Below, one piece after another: positions 35,874 through 45,038 of a stretch of 64,000 nt of DNA. Below the pieces are notes generated by a model. The model made no database searches. It worked only from the letters and a program-made list of their open reading frames with translations, and was not told the DNA's origin. Every line of letters starts with the position of its first letter. The first letter of the stretch is position 1. The stretch spans positions 470,642 through 534,641 of the forward strand of contig CAVYZX010000004.1 of the NCBI GenBank assembly GCA_963773035.1. The letters run 5' to 3'. Source of the DNA: an uncultured Acidobacteriota bacterium. GTDB lineage: Bacteria > Acidobacteriota > Vicinamibacteria > Vicinamibacterales > CAVVIG01. The translations under genes and the position numbers were made by a program.

Positions 35874-36365
35874 TCAGGATTTTTCCCGCGTAAAGACCTG
35901 GACGCTGCTGTACTCGTTGCCGCTGTTCAGCCCCTTGGTCGTGATCGTCAAGACTTGCCCGTCGGCCGAAACTGTCCGGGTCGACGTTTCGACGACTTCG
36001 CCATTGACCTTCCCGCTTCGTTCGGACGTGCGGGCATCGATTCGCTTCACCGAAACAGTCCAGAGAAACGAATTGGAAATGGGGTTGTCTTGGCCATCGT
36101 ACTTGGACATGTACTCGACCCTGTCGGTGCTCCCATTGGCAACGAGGGTTTCTGTCACGTGACGCATCCGACCGTCCGTCGTCAGTTCGAATATGGTGAT
36201 GCGACGCTCCGGAGGCGCGCCGCTGAATTCCGATTTAGCCCGATCCATGACCCACCGGCCGATGAGCGGATCGTCCTTGCTCTGCGCGAGCGCGGATTGT
36301 CCGGCCAGGCTGACGAGTCCTGCCACGAAGAGAATCAACCCTCCATGGCGCACGTCGCTCTGCAT
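35874..36365 (-). CDS. Secreted lipocalin-like beta-barrel protein
   Basis: 163 aa. Signal: GGLILFVAGLVSLAGQSALAQ. PLIGRWVMDRAKSEF followed by alternating beta-strand patterns is typical of lipocalin-like domains. Confidence 0.6.
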   Translation of the reverse strand: MQSDVRHGGLILFVAGLVSLAGQSALAQSKDDPLIGRWVMDRAKSEFSGAPPERRITIFELTTDGRMRHVTETLVANGSTDRVEYMSKYDGQDNPISNSFLWTVSVKRIDARTSERSGKVNGEVVETSTRTVSADGQVLTITTKGLNSGNEYSSVQVFTREKS

Positions 36366-36538
36366 GACGCCTCCCTCTTAAAAGACTGCCCGCTGCGCGG
36401 GTCCAACCGTCGGGCCGCATGATACCGCAAGAATCTCCGACCCTCTCAAGACGCGGCGGCAGGGCATTTCCAGGTAAATGAATGTGGCCGCGTGGCGTAT
36501 GCTTTGCCAGCAGAGTCGCCAGGAATCAGGAGTGCCGC

Positions 36539-38959
36539 ATGATCACACCACCGTCCGCCGTCGATCCATCCTTGATCAGGCTTTACCAGAGTTACGCCGA
36601 CGGTCGCATCGGCCGGCGCGGATTCATCCGCCGTGTCTCCGCCATGGCCGCGGCCGGATTGTCGATTCCAGCTTGGATGCTCGCAGATCCTGCTAGAGCG
36701 GGTGCCGCCCAAGCGGCGGCCGCAGGAACGACGGCGCCGATGCTCGACCTCGCCGAGTGGACCTACTTCTTCGTCGGCGTCGAACGTGCCGAAATGGCTC
36801 GGGCGACGTACGTCAACGGCAAGCAGATGTACGTCGAAGTGTTCACGCCGGCACAGGTTCGACATCCGTATCCGATGGTGCTCGTACACGGCGGCGGAGG
36901 ACAGGGACTCGATTGGATGTGTACGCCCGACGGACGCCGGGGTTGGGCTTTGATCCTGCTCGAGGAAGGCTACAAGGTGTATGTCGTCGATCGTCCCGGT
37001 CACGGCCGATCGCCGTATCACCCCGACGTCAATGGACCGTTCCCGGCGCAGAGCCTGACGTTGGAAAGCCTGTCGGGGCGATTCACACCGCCTAACGCCG
37101 GCGCGCCCGACAACGGACCGTACCGGCGGCTCCACAATCAATGGCCCGGCACCGGCGAAGTCGGTTCCAACGACCTGGCGCAAATGGTCGCCGGACAAGG
37201 CGGAAGCTACGTCAATAACGCGCTACCGGGAGGACAAGGTGCACGGGGTGCTCAAGCTGCACCGGGTGCTCAAGGTGCACCGGGTGCAGGACGCGGTGGG
37301 CCGCCTCCAGTTGCCGCCGTCCTCGGTCCGACCGGCGCTCCTGCTGGCGGCCCGGACCCGCAACACCTGGTCTGGCGTCAACGTGGTGCGATGCTGCTCG
37401 ACAAGATCGGACCCGCGATCATCATGACGCACTCCGCAGGAGGACCGTTCGGCTGGCTCGTTGCCGAAGTGCGACCGAACCTCGTGAAGGGCATCATCGC
37501 GGTCGAAGGCGGAGGGCAACCGTTCGCGGGCCAGAACGTATGGGGAATGTCGACGATTCCGGTCACCTACGATCCACAGGTCACCGATCCGTCTGAGATC
37601 AAAACCAAGAGCGTGGCGGCTCCAGAATCCGGCGTGAACGCCTACCTTCTTCAGGAAGAGCCGGCGCGCAAGCTCAAAAACCTGCAGAACATTCCGATCG
37701 TCATCGTCACGGCTGAAGCGTCGTTCGCGTCGCCGGGCAACCCTGCTGCGATTGCGTATTTCAAGCAAGCTGGTTGCAAGGCGGAGGAGTTGCGCCTGGC
37801 GAACCTCGGGATCCACGGCAACGGCCACATGATGATGCTGGAAAAGAACAACCGCGAGGTCTTGAAGCCGATTCTCGAATGGGTGGAAAAGAACGTCAAC
37901 GCAGGGGCCAAAGCGAGCGCAGCCGCGAAGCCGAATTCCTCAAAGACTGGCGCAAAGAACGACTCGACGGCGATGAAGCTCGCCGACATGGGCCACTTCT
38001 GGGTGGGATTGGAGCACAAGAAGATGCCCTACGGCACCGTTCTGGCCGGCCAGATGTACGTCCAGTACATGATTCCGGCTCAGGTTCGCCATCCGTACCC
38101 CATCGTGCTGGTTCACGGTGGAGGCGGCTCGATGCTCCACTACATGGGCATCGGCGAGCAATCAGGGTGGGCGCACTACTACGTGCAGGAAGGATATCGA
38201 GTCTATCTCGTCGATCGTCCGGGCCACGGTCGCGCGCCGTATCATCCTGACGCGCTCGGGCCGATTGGCCCGAATGTCTCCTACGCAGCGATCGCGGCAG
38301 ACACACGCCGCGCGGCAGTCGGTCCCAACAATCAATGGCCGGGGACGGGCGACATCGGTGATCCCCTTTTGGATCAGGACCTCGCCGGTCAGAACGCGGC
38401 GATCGGCGACAACGTCTTCGCTCACAAACTGTGGGCAAGCCGCGGCGCGGAACTCCTTGACAAGATCGGACCGGCAATCATTCAAGTGCATTCCGCCGGC
38501 GGGCCGTTCGGGTGGATTGTTGCAAACGAACGCCCCAACCTCGTGAAGGCGATCGTCAATGTCGAGGGCGGCGGCGCTCCGTTTGGCAACGGGAATCCGT
38601 GGGGGCTCACGACAATCCCGCTGGCGTACGATCCGCCGGTTGCGGATTCGTCGCAGTTGACGTCTCGTGACGTGACCGGATCGAATGGCCAAACTTACAA
38701 GCTCCAGGCCGACCCGGCTCGAAAGCTGAAGAACCTGCTGGGCATCCCGATCGTTTATGTGGTTGCTGAAAAATCCGGCCGAAGCGGGGAGCCGACCGTC
38801 GCGTTTCTGAAGCAGGCCGGATGCGACGCAGAAGGGATGAACCTCAAGGACAAAGGGATCCTCGGCAACGGACACTTCATGATGCTGGAGAACAACCGCC
38901 GACAGGTATTCGATGCGATTCGAAGCTGGATCGATCAGAAACTGCCGGCCAGAACGTAG
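36539..38959 (+). CDS. Tat-exported protein with two tandem alpha/beta-hydrolase domains
   Basis: ATG 36539 follows AGGAG. Tat motif: GRRGFIRRVSAMAAAGL. Domain A has PMVLVHGGGGQGLDW, YKVYVVDRPGHGRSPYHPD and MTHSAGGPFGW. Domain B has PIVLVHGGGGSMLHY, YRVYLVDRPGHGRAPYHPD and VHSAGGPFGW. Domain A carries a G/A/P-rich insert encoded by an 18-bp repeat at about 37225-37290. Confidence 0.8.
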   Translation: MITPPSAVDPSLIRLYQSYADGRIGRRGFIRRVSAMAAAGLSIPAWMLADPARAGAAQAAAAGTTAPMLDLAEWTYFFVGVERAEMARATYVNGKQMYVEVFTPAQVRHPYPMVLVHGGGGQGLDWMCTPDGRRGWALILLEEGYKVYVVDRPGHGRSPYHPDVNGPFPAQSLTLESLSGRFTPPNAGAPDNGPYRRLHNQWPGTGEVGSNDLAQMVAGQGGSYVNNALPGGQGARGAQAAPGAQGAPGAGRGGPPPVAAVLGPTGAPAGGPDPQHLVWRQRGAMLLDKIGPAIIMTHSAGGPFGWLVAEVRPNLVKGIIAVEGGGQPFAGQNVWGMSTIPVTYDPQVTDPSEIKTKSVAAPESGVNAYLLQEEPARKLKNLQNIPIVIVTAEASFASPGNPAAIAYFKQAGCKAEELRLANLGIHGNGHMMMLEKNNREVLKPILEWVEKNVNAGAKASAAAKPNSSKTGAKNDSTAMKLADMGHFWVGLEHKKMPYGTVLAGQMYVQYMIPAQVRHPYPIVLVHGGGGSMLHYMGIGEQSGWAHYYVQEGYRVYLVDRPGHGRAPYHPDALGPIGPNVSYAAIAADTRRAAVGPNNQWPGTGDIGDPLLDQDLAGQNAAIGDNVFAHKLWASRGAELLDKIGPAIIQVHSAGGPFGWIVANERPNLVKAIVNVEGGGAPFGNGNPWGLTTIPLAYDPPVADSSQLTSRDVTGSNGQTYKLQADPARKLKNLLGIPIVYVVAEKSGRSGEPTVAFLKQAGCDAEGMNLKDKGILGNGHFMMLENNRRQVFDAIRSWIDQKLPART

Positions 38960-38962
38960 AAT

Positions 38963-40339
38963 TTACGTCTTTTCGAGGGCAGCGCGAACCTTGACGGCCA
39001 GATCTGCCGGAACGGCCGAAGCGGTCAGCGACTTGACGGTGGCCAGTTGGTCGATCTGCCAGCACAACCCGAGAAGATCGTCCACCTGACTTCGAGGCAA
39101 TGCCAGCACAGCCTGATCCCGGAACTTGTCGTCGAGTTGACGATCGCTCAACGGCCGACGAAGGTTTCCGATCGACTCCTCGACGAACCGGCTGAGCCTG
39201 CGTCCATCGGTCAGCTCGACTTCGACGTGAGCCTGATCTTCGGTGATGGAGTCGTCTCCGGCCGCCGTGGTGCTCTCCCGAACGCGTTTGACATCGGGAT
39301 CGTTCACTGCTTCGTCGGTGTACTCCTGGATGCCAGCCTTGCCGCGAACGAGACCGACGGCCGCACCGTGATAGACCGAGAACTTACCTTGCAGTCCGCG
39401 CGTGATGTTCTGCTGGTTGCAGAGATCGAGAACCAGCGGTGCCACGCGAAGCCGCACACTGCGGATGGCTTGTGGCGGTGGATGATGTTGGTCGTGAATC
39501 TGAATGCAGGCGTCGATCGTCGGGTGGTTCACGATTCCGCAGGGAAATGGCTTGTAGGTGTTGGCACGCAGGTCGAAGTCAACGCCGAGCCCGCTGGTGA
39601 CCTTCGAGAGGTCGTATTGCGCGGCTTGTACGGCGGCGAACCCGCGAGGACCCTCGATTCCGCGGTCACCCGCCGTGAAGCCGGCCTGCGCAAGCAGAGC
39701 GGCGGCATAGCCGTTCTGCGCGGAGCGTCCCGGATGAAACGCTTTGGCCATCGATCCGAACATCTCACGCAGGCCCGCGGCCTGCGTGGCGGCGAGGCCA
39801 ATGGCCCACACCATCTCCTGGACTGAGAGCCCCAGCAGCTTGCCGATGGCGGTCGCAGCGCCAAACACCCCAGATGTCCCAGTGATGTGCCATCCGGCAT
39901 CGTAGTGCGCCGGATACACCGCGTTGGCGACACGCGACTCCGCCTCGAAACCGAGAATGAACGCCTCGACGAAATCGCGGCCGCGAACCGGATGGACGCT
40001 GGCATACGCAAAGAGCGCTGAGGCCACCGGGGAGCTGGGATGACTGTAGTTCTTCGGCGTCGTATCGTCGTAGTCGTAGACATGCGAGCTGATGCCGTTC
40101 ATCAACGAGGCATGAAGTGGATCCAGACGCTCACCGCGTCCGAGCACGCTGGCAGTTGCCGGCCCGGAGTACGGACCCAGCGCTCGAATCGCCAGATCAA
40201 CGGCCGGGTGGAGACTGCCGCCAACCGCGCAGCCGACGTAATTGACGAGAGCGCGGCGGGCTTCGTGACGGACGTCCGCGGGAATGTCTTCGAGTCGACT
40301 ATCGAGGACGTAGGACGCGAGGATCTGAGTCTCGGACAT
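38963..40339 (-). CDS. MmgE/PrpD family protein (2-methylcitrate dehydratase-like)
   Basis: Contains EARRALVNYVGCAVGG, SSHVYDYDDTTPKNYSHPS and GDRGIEGPRGF. ATG 40339 shares one base with the upstream TGA; the track uses TTG 40342. Confidence 0.85.
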   Translation of the reverse strand: MSETQILASYVLDSRLEDIPADVRHEARRALVNYVGCAVGGSLHPAVDLAIRALGPYSGPATASVLGRGERLDPLHASLMNGISSHVYDYDDTTPKNYSHPSSPVASALFAYASVHPVRGRDFVEAFILGFEAESRVANAVYPAHYDAGWHITGTSGVFGAATAIGKLLGLSVQEMVWAIGLAATQAAGLREMFGSMAKAFHPGRSAQNGYAAALLAQAGFTAGDRGIEGPRGFAAVQAAQYDLSKVTSGLGVDFDLRANTYKPFPCGIVNHPTIDACIQIHDQHHPPPQAIRSVRLRVAPLVLDLCNQQNITRGLQGKFSVYHGAAVGLVRGKAGIQEYTDEAVNDPDVKRVRESTTAAGDDSITEDQAHVEVELTDGRRLSRFVEESIGNLRRPLSDRQLDDKFRDQAVLALPRSQVDDLLGLCWQIDQLATVKSLTASAVPADLAVKVRAALEKT

Positions 40340-41043
40340 CAACCGCGCCCCTTTGCCACTCCGCGCAGCGTGCGGTCTTCGAACTCTTCCGCGGTTCGCC
40401 CAAGGACCGCGTCGAAGTTAGCCGTCAGTTCTCCCAATTTCGAATCCGGCATCGGTTTGAAGTCCGTCAGGATCGTGGCCAGGTCTCGTCGGTTGAGCGC
40501 CGTATACACGAAGTCGCGGGCGTTGTCCGGATGGCCGTTGACGGCAATCTGAGTCGTGAACACCCGCTTGCCGCCTTTGCTGACGGCGATGTGGATGTGG
40601 GCCGCTCTGAACTGCCCGCGCAGCGTGTACGAAATCGGCTTGATGGTTCGAAAGTAATACTGCCCTTTCGAGTCTGTCAGGAAGCGGCCGTAGCCCTGAA
40701 AGTTCCCGTCTCGACCACCTGTGTTTGCGCCGCCACTGTGGATGTACGACGCCTTGCTGTCGACCTGCCAGATCTCGACGAACGCGTTGCGAATTGGCTG
40801 ACCGGTGATGCTCAACACTCGACCCGTCAGGTGGGAGATCTCGCCGACCGCAGGCGTAATTGCGTCGTTGATGATCAGGAGATCGTTGTCGGTATCGAGC
40901 GGCATCTTGTCGGGGTAGAAGGGTCCCTCGCCGGTGTTCGCGGTGGGAACGAGCTGCTCGGCGAACAGTCCGGGCATCGTGAACCATTCAGTTGCCGTGA
41001 ACGCCGTCGCGCCGAGAGCACCGAAAAAATGACGCCGGTCCAC
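40339..41043 (-). CDS. Tat-exported intradiol ring-cleavage dioxygenase family protein (protocatechuate 3,4-dioxygenase beta-like)
   Basis: GTG 41043 is preceded by GGAGG with 5-nt spacing. Tat motif: VDRRHFFGALGATAF. Also GPFYPD, VEIWQVDS, YYFRTIKPISY and RAAHIHIAV. Confidence 0.8.
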   Translation of the reverse strand: MDRRHFFGALGATAFTATEWFTMPGLFAEQLVPTANTGEGPFYPDKMPLDTDNDLLIINDAITPAVGEISHLTGRVLSITGQPIRNAFVEIWQVDSKASYIHSGGANTGGRDGNFQGYGRFLTDSKGQYYFRTIKPISYTLRGQFRAAHIHIAVSKGGKRVFTTQIAVNGHPDNARDFVYTALNRRDLATILTDFKPMPDSKLGELTANFDAVLGRTAEEFEDRTLRGVAKGRG

Positions 41044-41060
41044 TGCAACCTCCTCCCTCG

Positions 41061-42074
41061 CTACCTCCCTGCCCGGTTCTCTTCGGCCCGCGCCGCACTC
41101 AGGATATTCGCCAGGCCGTAGTTTCCTTCGTGACATTCGTACTGCATGATCGGCTCTTCGTCGTTCATGGTCAGCGAAATCGAGAACGTCCAGGGGCGCG
41201 TCCACGTCGACGGATCGTTGACGGTGACCGACCAGACAACCTTATCCGGTGCGACGCGCGTGAACTTCTCGACGAGCTTCAGCGTCCGGGCATTGGCGTT
41301 GCGATAGACACTGCGATCTTTGAAATTCGTGGTCTCCACGACGAGCGTCTCGCCATCCCAATGGCCTCGGGCATCGCCCATATCCAGGTGAATGCCTTTG
41401 CCGACGTGCGGACGGTTTTCCAGAGGAATCACGCGCGCCTCGTGAATCATCTCGTACTGGATCGCCACGAAGCCCTGCCCCTGAACAATCTTGTAAGAGT
41501 TCCCGTAAATGGCAGGCATCATCGAACCGGGCAGGCCTCGCGTGATACATCGATCGTAGAGGCTTCGGTCTTCGTACGAGTCTGCCGGTCCTCTTCCGTT
41601 GTCGCGCCTCGCTTCTGTGCGGGCCGCCACGCGCTGCTGCCCTTCAGCCGTCAACGGAGGAACCTTCCCGTCGGGAGGATCCACGACGAACCAGGCCTGG
41701 CTGCCCTTTTCGAGGTGCAGCGCATCTTGCCACCAGTGGTCGGGGGCGTGAATCGGACCCTCGAACGCCGCGATGGTTCGGCGCTGAACGGCCTCCTTGA
41801 TCTTCAAGAGCTCTTCGCCCTGCACGTCGGCCAGCTGGCGTCCGGCGAACTCATCGGATCGTTCGAGCGGCGTACCATTTTCATAGACGTTCGTGAAGTT
41901 GCCTTGCAGGTCTGGATCGCCCCACGGAGTGCGCGGCGCCTTCCAGACTCCGGCCTTGGTAGTCGTTCTGGCCACACCGGTTTGCGACTGCGCCTCGGTG
42001 GGAACGATGGTCCGTTCGATCGCCACAACGGCACAAACCAATGTCATCAGGCGCGCAACAGAAGGCGTCCGCAT
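41061..42074 (-). CDS. Secreted conserved hypothetical protein
   Basis: True start is ATG 42074 (MRTPSVARLMTLVCAVVAI...AQ). Contains RTPWGDPDLQGNFTN and a C-terminal YECHEGNYGLANILSAARAEE. No family is known to me. Confidence 0.7.
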   Translation of the reverse strand: MRTPSVARLMTLVCAVVAIERTIVPTEAQSQTGVARTTTKAGVWKAPRTPWGDPDLQGNFTNVYENGTPLERSDEFAGRQLADVQGEELLKIKEAVQRRTIAAFEGPIHAPDHWWQDALHLEKGSQAWFVVDPPDGKVPPLTAEGQQRVAARTEARRDNGRGPADSYEDRSLYDRCITRGLPGSMMPAIYGNSYKIVQGQGFVAIQYEMIHEARVIPLENRPHVGKGIHLDMGDARGHWDGETLVVETTNFKDRSVYRNANARTLKLVEKFTRVAPDKVVWSVTVNDPSTWTRPWTFSISLTMNDEEPIMQYECHEGNYGLANILSAARAEENRAGR

Positions 42075-42396
42075 TTCGCGATCTCCTACTCGTGGCCATA
42101 CTACAGCAAAAGCCCGATGGAACTGCCTGATGGAGCGGAACAGTGGAGCCGGGATGAAGACGGTGCCGCGGGCTAGCTTCCGGGCTCGGATGATATCTTG
42201 AGTTCGTTCGTGATGACTTTCGCGCCATCGTACTCGAAGACAGGTCTCGCACGGCTCCAGATCGACTGGGATTTGCAACAGTAAGGTCCAATAGGAAACT
42301 GGCTGGAGCACGCGAATACCCGGAGCCTCGCGGCCTGAACACAGATCGGTCTATATTCTCCTTCCTCCCAAACGACGCGTATGAAGGAGATGTGAC

Positions 42397-42843
42397 ATGC
42401 CGTCCGCGTTCTCTCTGGCCCCCGACAGGAATCCGTTGCCGAACGGCACGTTCGGCGACATCGGTGCGTTCTTCCACGTCCGTACGCGCGACGGCGGATT
42501 GGAGGCGCGTCTCGAGGTGCCGTATGAGCAGTCTGCTGCACGACACGTCGCCGAGGGATCGCTGCGGCTGTTTCGTTGGGACGAGCAGAAGCGGTCGCTG
42601 CTGCTGATCGAACGATCGGGCGTCGATCAGGAACGTCGCGTAGTGTGGGGATGGGTCAGCGCGCCCGGCTTGTACGGCGCCATCGGGTTGCCGGGCAGCG
42701 ACGAGCTGCTGCGCACGATTGGCGTTTTCTCGATGTTCTCCCCCGACGACTTCCGCAACCAACCGACGCTCAATCCCAGAATCTGTGGCCTGATTCTGTG
42801 TCAGCCCGACGCGGCGACTCCGGACCCTTTCCGGGTCCGCTAG
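42397..42843 (+). CDS. Hypothetical protein, possibly the N-terminal part of a disrupted RCC1-repeat gene
   Basis: 148 aa. AAGGAG lies 7 nt upstream of the ATG. Third codon positions are G/C-rich. No domain is recognised. Confidence 0.6.
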   Translation: MPSAFSLAPDRNPLPNGTFGDIGAFFHVRTRDGGLEARLEVPYEQSAARHVAEGSLRLFRWDEQKRSLLLIERSGVDQERRVVWGWVSAPGLYGAIGLPGSDELLRTIGVFSMFSPDDFRNQPTLNPRICGLILCQPDAATPDPFRVR

Positions 42844-42845
42844 GC

Positions 42846-43091
42846 AATCTTTGCGAACTCTGCCTAGGCATCGAAGTACCACAGGGCCACTTGCCGGAGG
42901 TTCAGATCCTCCGGGATCGTCCCGAGATTTTCGAGAAACTGATCGAGCCTGCGCCTCCGCCGCGCGTGTTTGGGTGGGGCGCCAACTACGGAGGCCGTTT
43001 GGGCGACGGCACGACCACCGAGGTTACAAAGAATCCAGAAATGCCAACAACGCATCATGGTCGGACTGAGGCAGTCGGAGGAAGCCGTTAA
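42846..43091 (+). pseudogene. Fragment encoding a single RCC1-type repeat start; gene remnant
   Basis: The frame of ORF 42576-43091 reads ...LIEPAPPPRVFGWGANYGGRLGDGTTTEV (core at 42966-43022). This matches the RCC1 repeat signature (WG.N..GQLGdGtt). The homology stops within a few nt of the convergent DUF1111 stop at 43024. Confidence 0.4.
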
Positions 43092-44214
43092 GCGCGTCTT
43101 TTGCTTCCACACCATGGCGTTGGATAGCACCCTCGATCTTGTTCGAGCGCGCATCGTGCATGAAACGGTCTCGGCGCGACAGTCCCCACAATGGCGCCGT
43201 GCGGAAATCGTTCCCCGTTGCCCGTCCTTGCTCTATGCCATCGCCCGTGCCTATGTCGTGCAGCAGCAGGTCAGAGAACAAGTTGACCGGTTTGTTGCTC
43301 AGCGCTGCGACCGAGTTGCGGCCGGTCATCATCGTTGGCACATGGCAACTGGCGCACCCAATCTGACTAAACACTTGCTCTCCGCGCTGCACTTGAGGCG
43401 TGAGGGGACCCCGGGGCGCCGGGGCCAAGAACCGCATAAAGTTCGTAAACGCCGTCACGTTCGAGCCGTCGTCCTCGGGGTCACCGACCGTGTCACACCC
43501 CAGCTGGATCGGCTGGCCCTGCGGTCTATTCTCGTGTGGGAAGCTGGGGTTGGTAATGCCCAACTCGTTGAGGTAGGCATCCCCCGCGAACTGATGCAAG
43601 GTGGCGACTTGCGCCTTCCAGCCGAAGCGCCCGAGTTCGGCCGCCCCGGTGTCGGGGTTCGACACGTAGTTGGGTCTGCCGCCGTTGCGTTGGTTCCCCA
43701 AAATGGTCCTTTCCGGAATAGCTTCCATTAGCCCCGCGCCAAACAATGGCGTGCTATTGCGGCTCGAGACGATGGTGGCTTCGAGAGGCACAACCTCCCC
43801 CGTTAGCGTACAGCCCTGGACGTCGATGGCGCGCTGTTGCAGCAGTTGGCCGCCTCTGTCGACGGATACCGAGCCGTCCAGCGGGTCAAAGTGCCCGTTG
43901 AACACCCGGCTGATGCGCGTCTCCCGCGCCACGCCCACGTTCGGCTCCGAACCGCCCGTGCTCGGCACGGCATGGCATTCGGCGCAACTCTTCCCGTTGA
44001 ACACCGGCCCCAAGCCCTCTTCGATGGTGTCCACTTCCTCGAACTCGTCCAGTCCGTCGTTGAAATCCCCCACTTGCGCGGGGGTCAGACCCGGCAGTGG
44101 ATTGGTCAAATTCTCTCCCTTTTGCGAGTCGGTCCGCCGTTGAGCCAGCAGCAGGATCAAAACGCCTGTTGCCACGACAAATACTAACCTTGTCTTGTGT
44201 ACTGTCCGTCGCAT
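43024..44214 (-). CDS. DUF1111-family dihaem oxidoreductase/peroxidase-like protein
   Basis: 396 aa. AAGGAG lies upstream of the ATG. Two haem sites (CAECH, CASCH), a signal anchor, and the DUF1111-like motif GRFGWKAQ. Confidence 0.85.
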   Translation of the reverse strand: MRRTVHKTRLVFVVATGVLILLLAQRRTDSQKGENLTNPLPGLTPAQVGDFNDGLDEFEEVDTIEEGLGPVFNGKSCAECHAVPSTGGSEPNVGVARETRISRVFNGHFDPLDGSVSVDRGGQLLQQRAIDVQGCTLTGEVVPLEATIVSSRNSTPLFGAGLMEAIPERTILGNQRNGGRPNYVSNPDTGAAELGRFGWKAQVATLHQFAGDAYLNELGITNPSFPHENRPQGQPIQLGCDTVGDPEDDGSNVTAFTNFMRFLAPAPRGPLTPQVQRGEQVFSQIGCASCHVPTMMTGRNSVAALSNKPVNLFSDLLLHDIGTGDGIEQGRATGNDFRTAPLWGLSRRDRFMHDARSNKIEGAIQRHGVEAKDALNGFLRLPQSDHDALLAFLDSL

Positions 44215-45038
44215 AGGTTCTCCTTCGACGCCTCACGTCTCTGAGTCTGCTTTCTCACACAGCCCTTCCCGAGACCTTCCTGAGATTCGGAGAACGAGGG
44301 TCAGTTACATGTTGCCTCCTGCTTGAGGACCAGCGTGGTTCGTTGTGATGACGCAGCCTTTCCGATCGCGCCGGGCACTCGCCGACAGTCTTTGACCCTC
44401 TTCGTCGCGGCTGGTCGACGAAGTCCCTGTCGGGCAGCGGCTCCACTGGCACGCGTCACAAACGCGCGAGTCGGAGCGTCATCGTGCTTGGTGTTTCGCG
44501 CCCGCGCTGTGCAACGCGCGTACCACGGAATCGACGAACGTCTCGTCCGGTGTCGCGCTTGGATTGACGATCGTCGTACGTGCCAGAAGATGCGGCCGCG
44601 TGCGGGTCGATGTCACGGGCCGGCGCGTCGACGGGCTTATCTTCACCGGCATCTGGCGATCCGCATCACGCGTGACGGCGAACTTGTTGTGAGGGATTGT
44701 CGGGAAGACTCGCGAGCGGGAGCTGACACGAGCGGAAACGGGCAACAGTTCAGCTGAATTGATCCACTACGACCAAGTGAGAACCTCACCCGGTTTGCGC
44801 AATACTGTTCAGACTAGGCACGGTCTACGCCTCACGCCGGTCACTTATGGCGGCATTGGTCCCCTCGCTCCGCCGGCGCGCGCCGGTGCGGGCATCGCGG
44901 CGGGTATCAACAATGGATGTCCGCTGATTAGACTCGCCGGCCAGCACGTGTTGGCTGTCGACTTTCATCTGCTGAGCGCCTGGCGTTGGCGGAGGTGGAG
45001 GAGGAGGCGGCGGTGGTGGTGGCGCCGCCGCCGGTACC

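Noticed and set aside
34960-36162. 400-aa plus-strand ORF
   Set aside because: It is antisense to the alpha/beta hydrolase and lipocalin-like genes, both of which have clear motifs and signal peptides.
41881-42882. 333-aa minus-strand ORF and the neighbouring 41130-42176 plus-strand ORF
   Set aside because: Both are shadow ORFs over or around the secreted 41061-42074 gene and the 42397 gene. Both are Arg-rich with no SD sequences.
44479-44745. 88-aa minus-strand ORF with G/C-rich third positions
   Set aside because: It has no SD, no recognisable domain and a basic, low-complexity composition. It is kept only as part of the unassigned-region finding.
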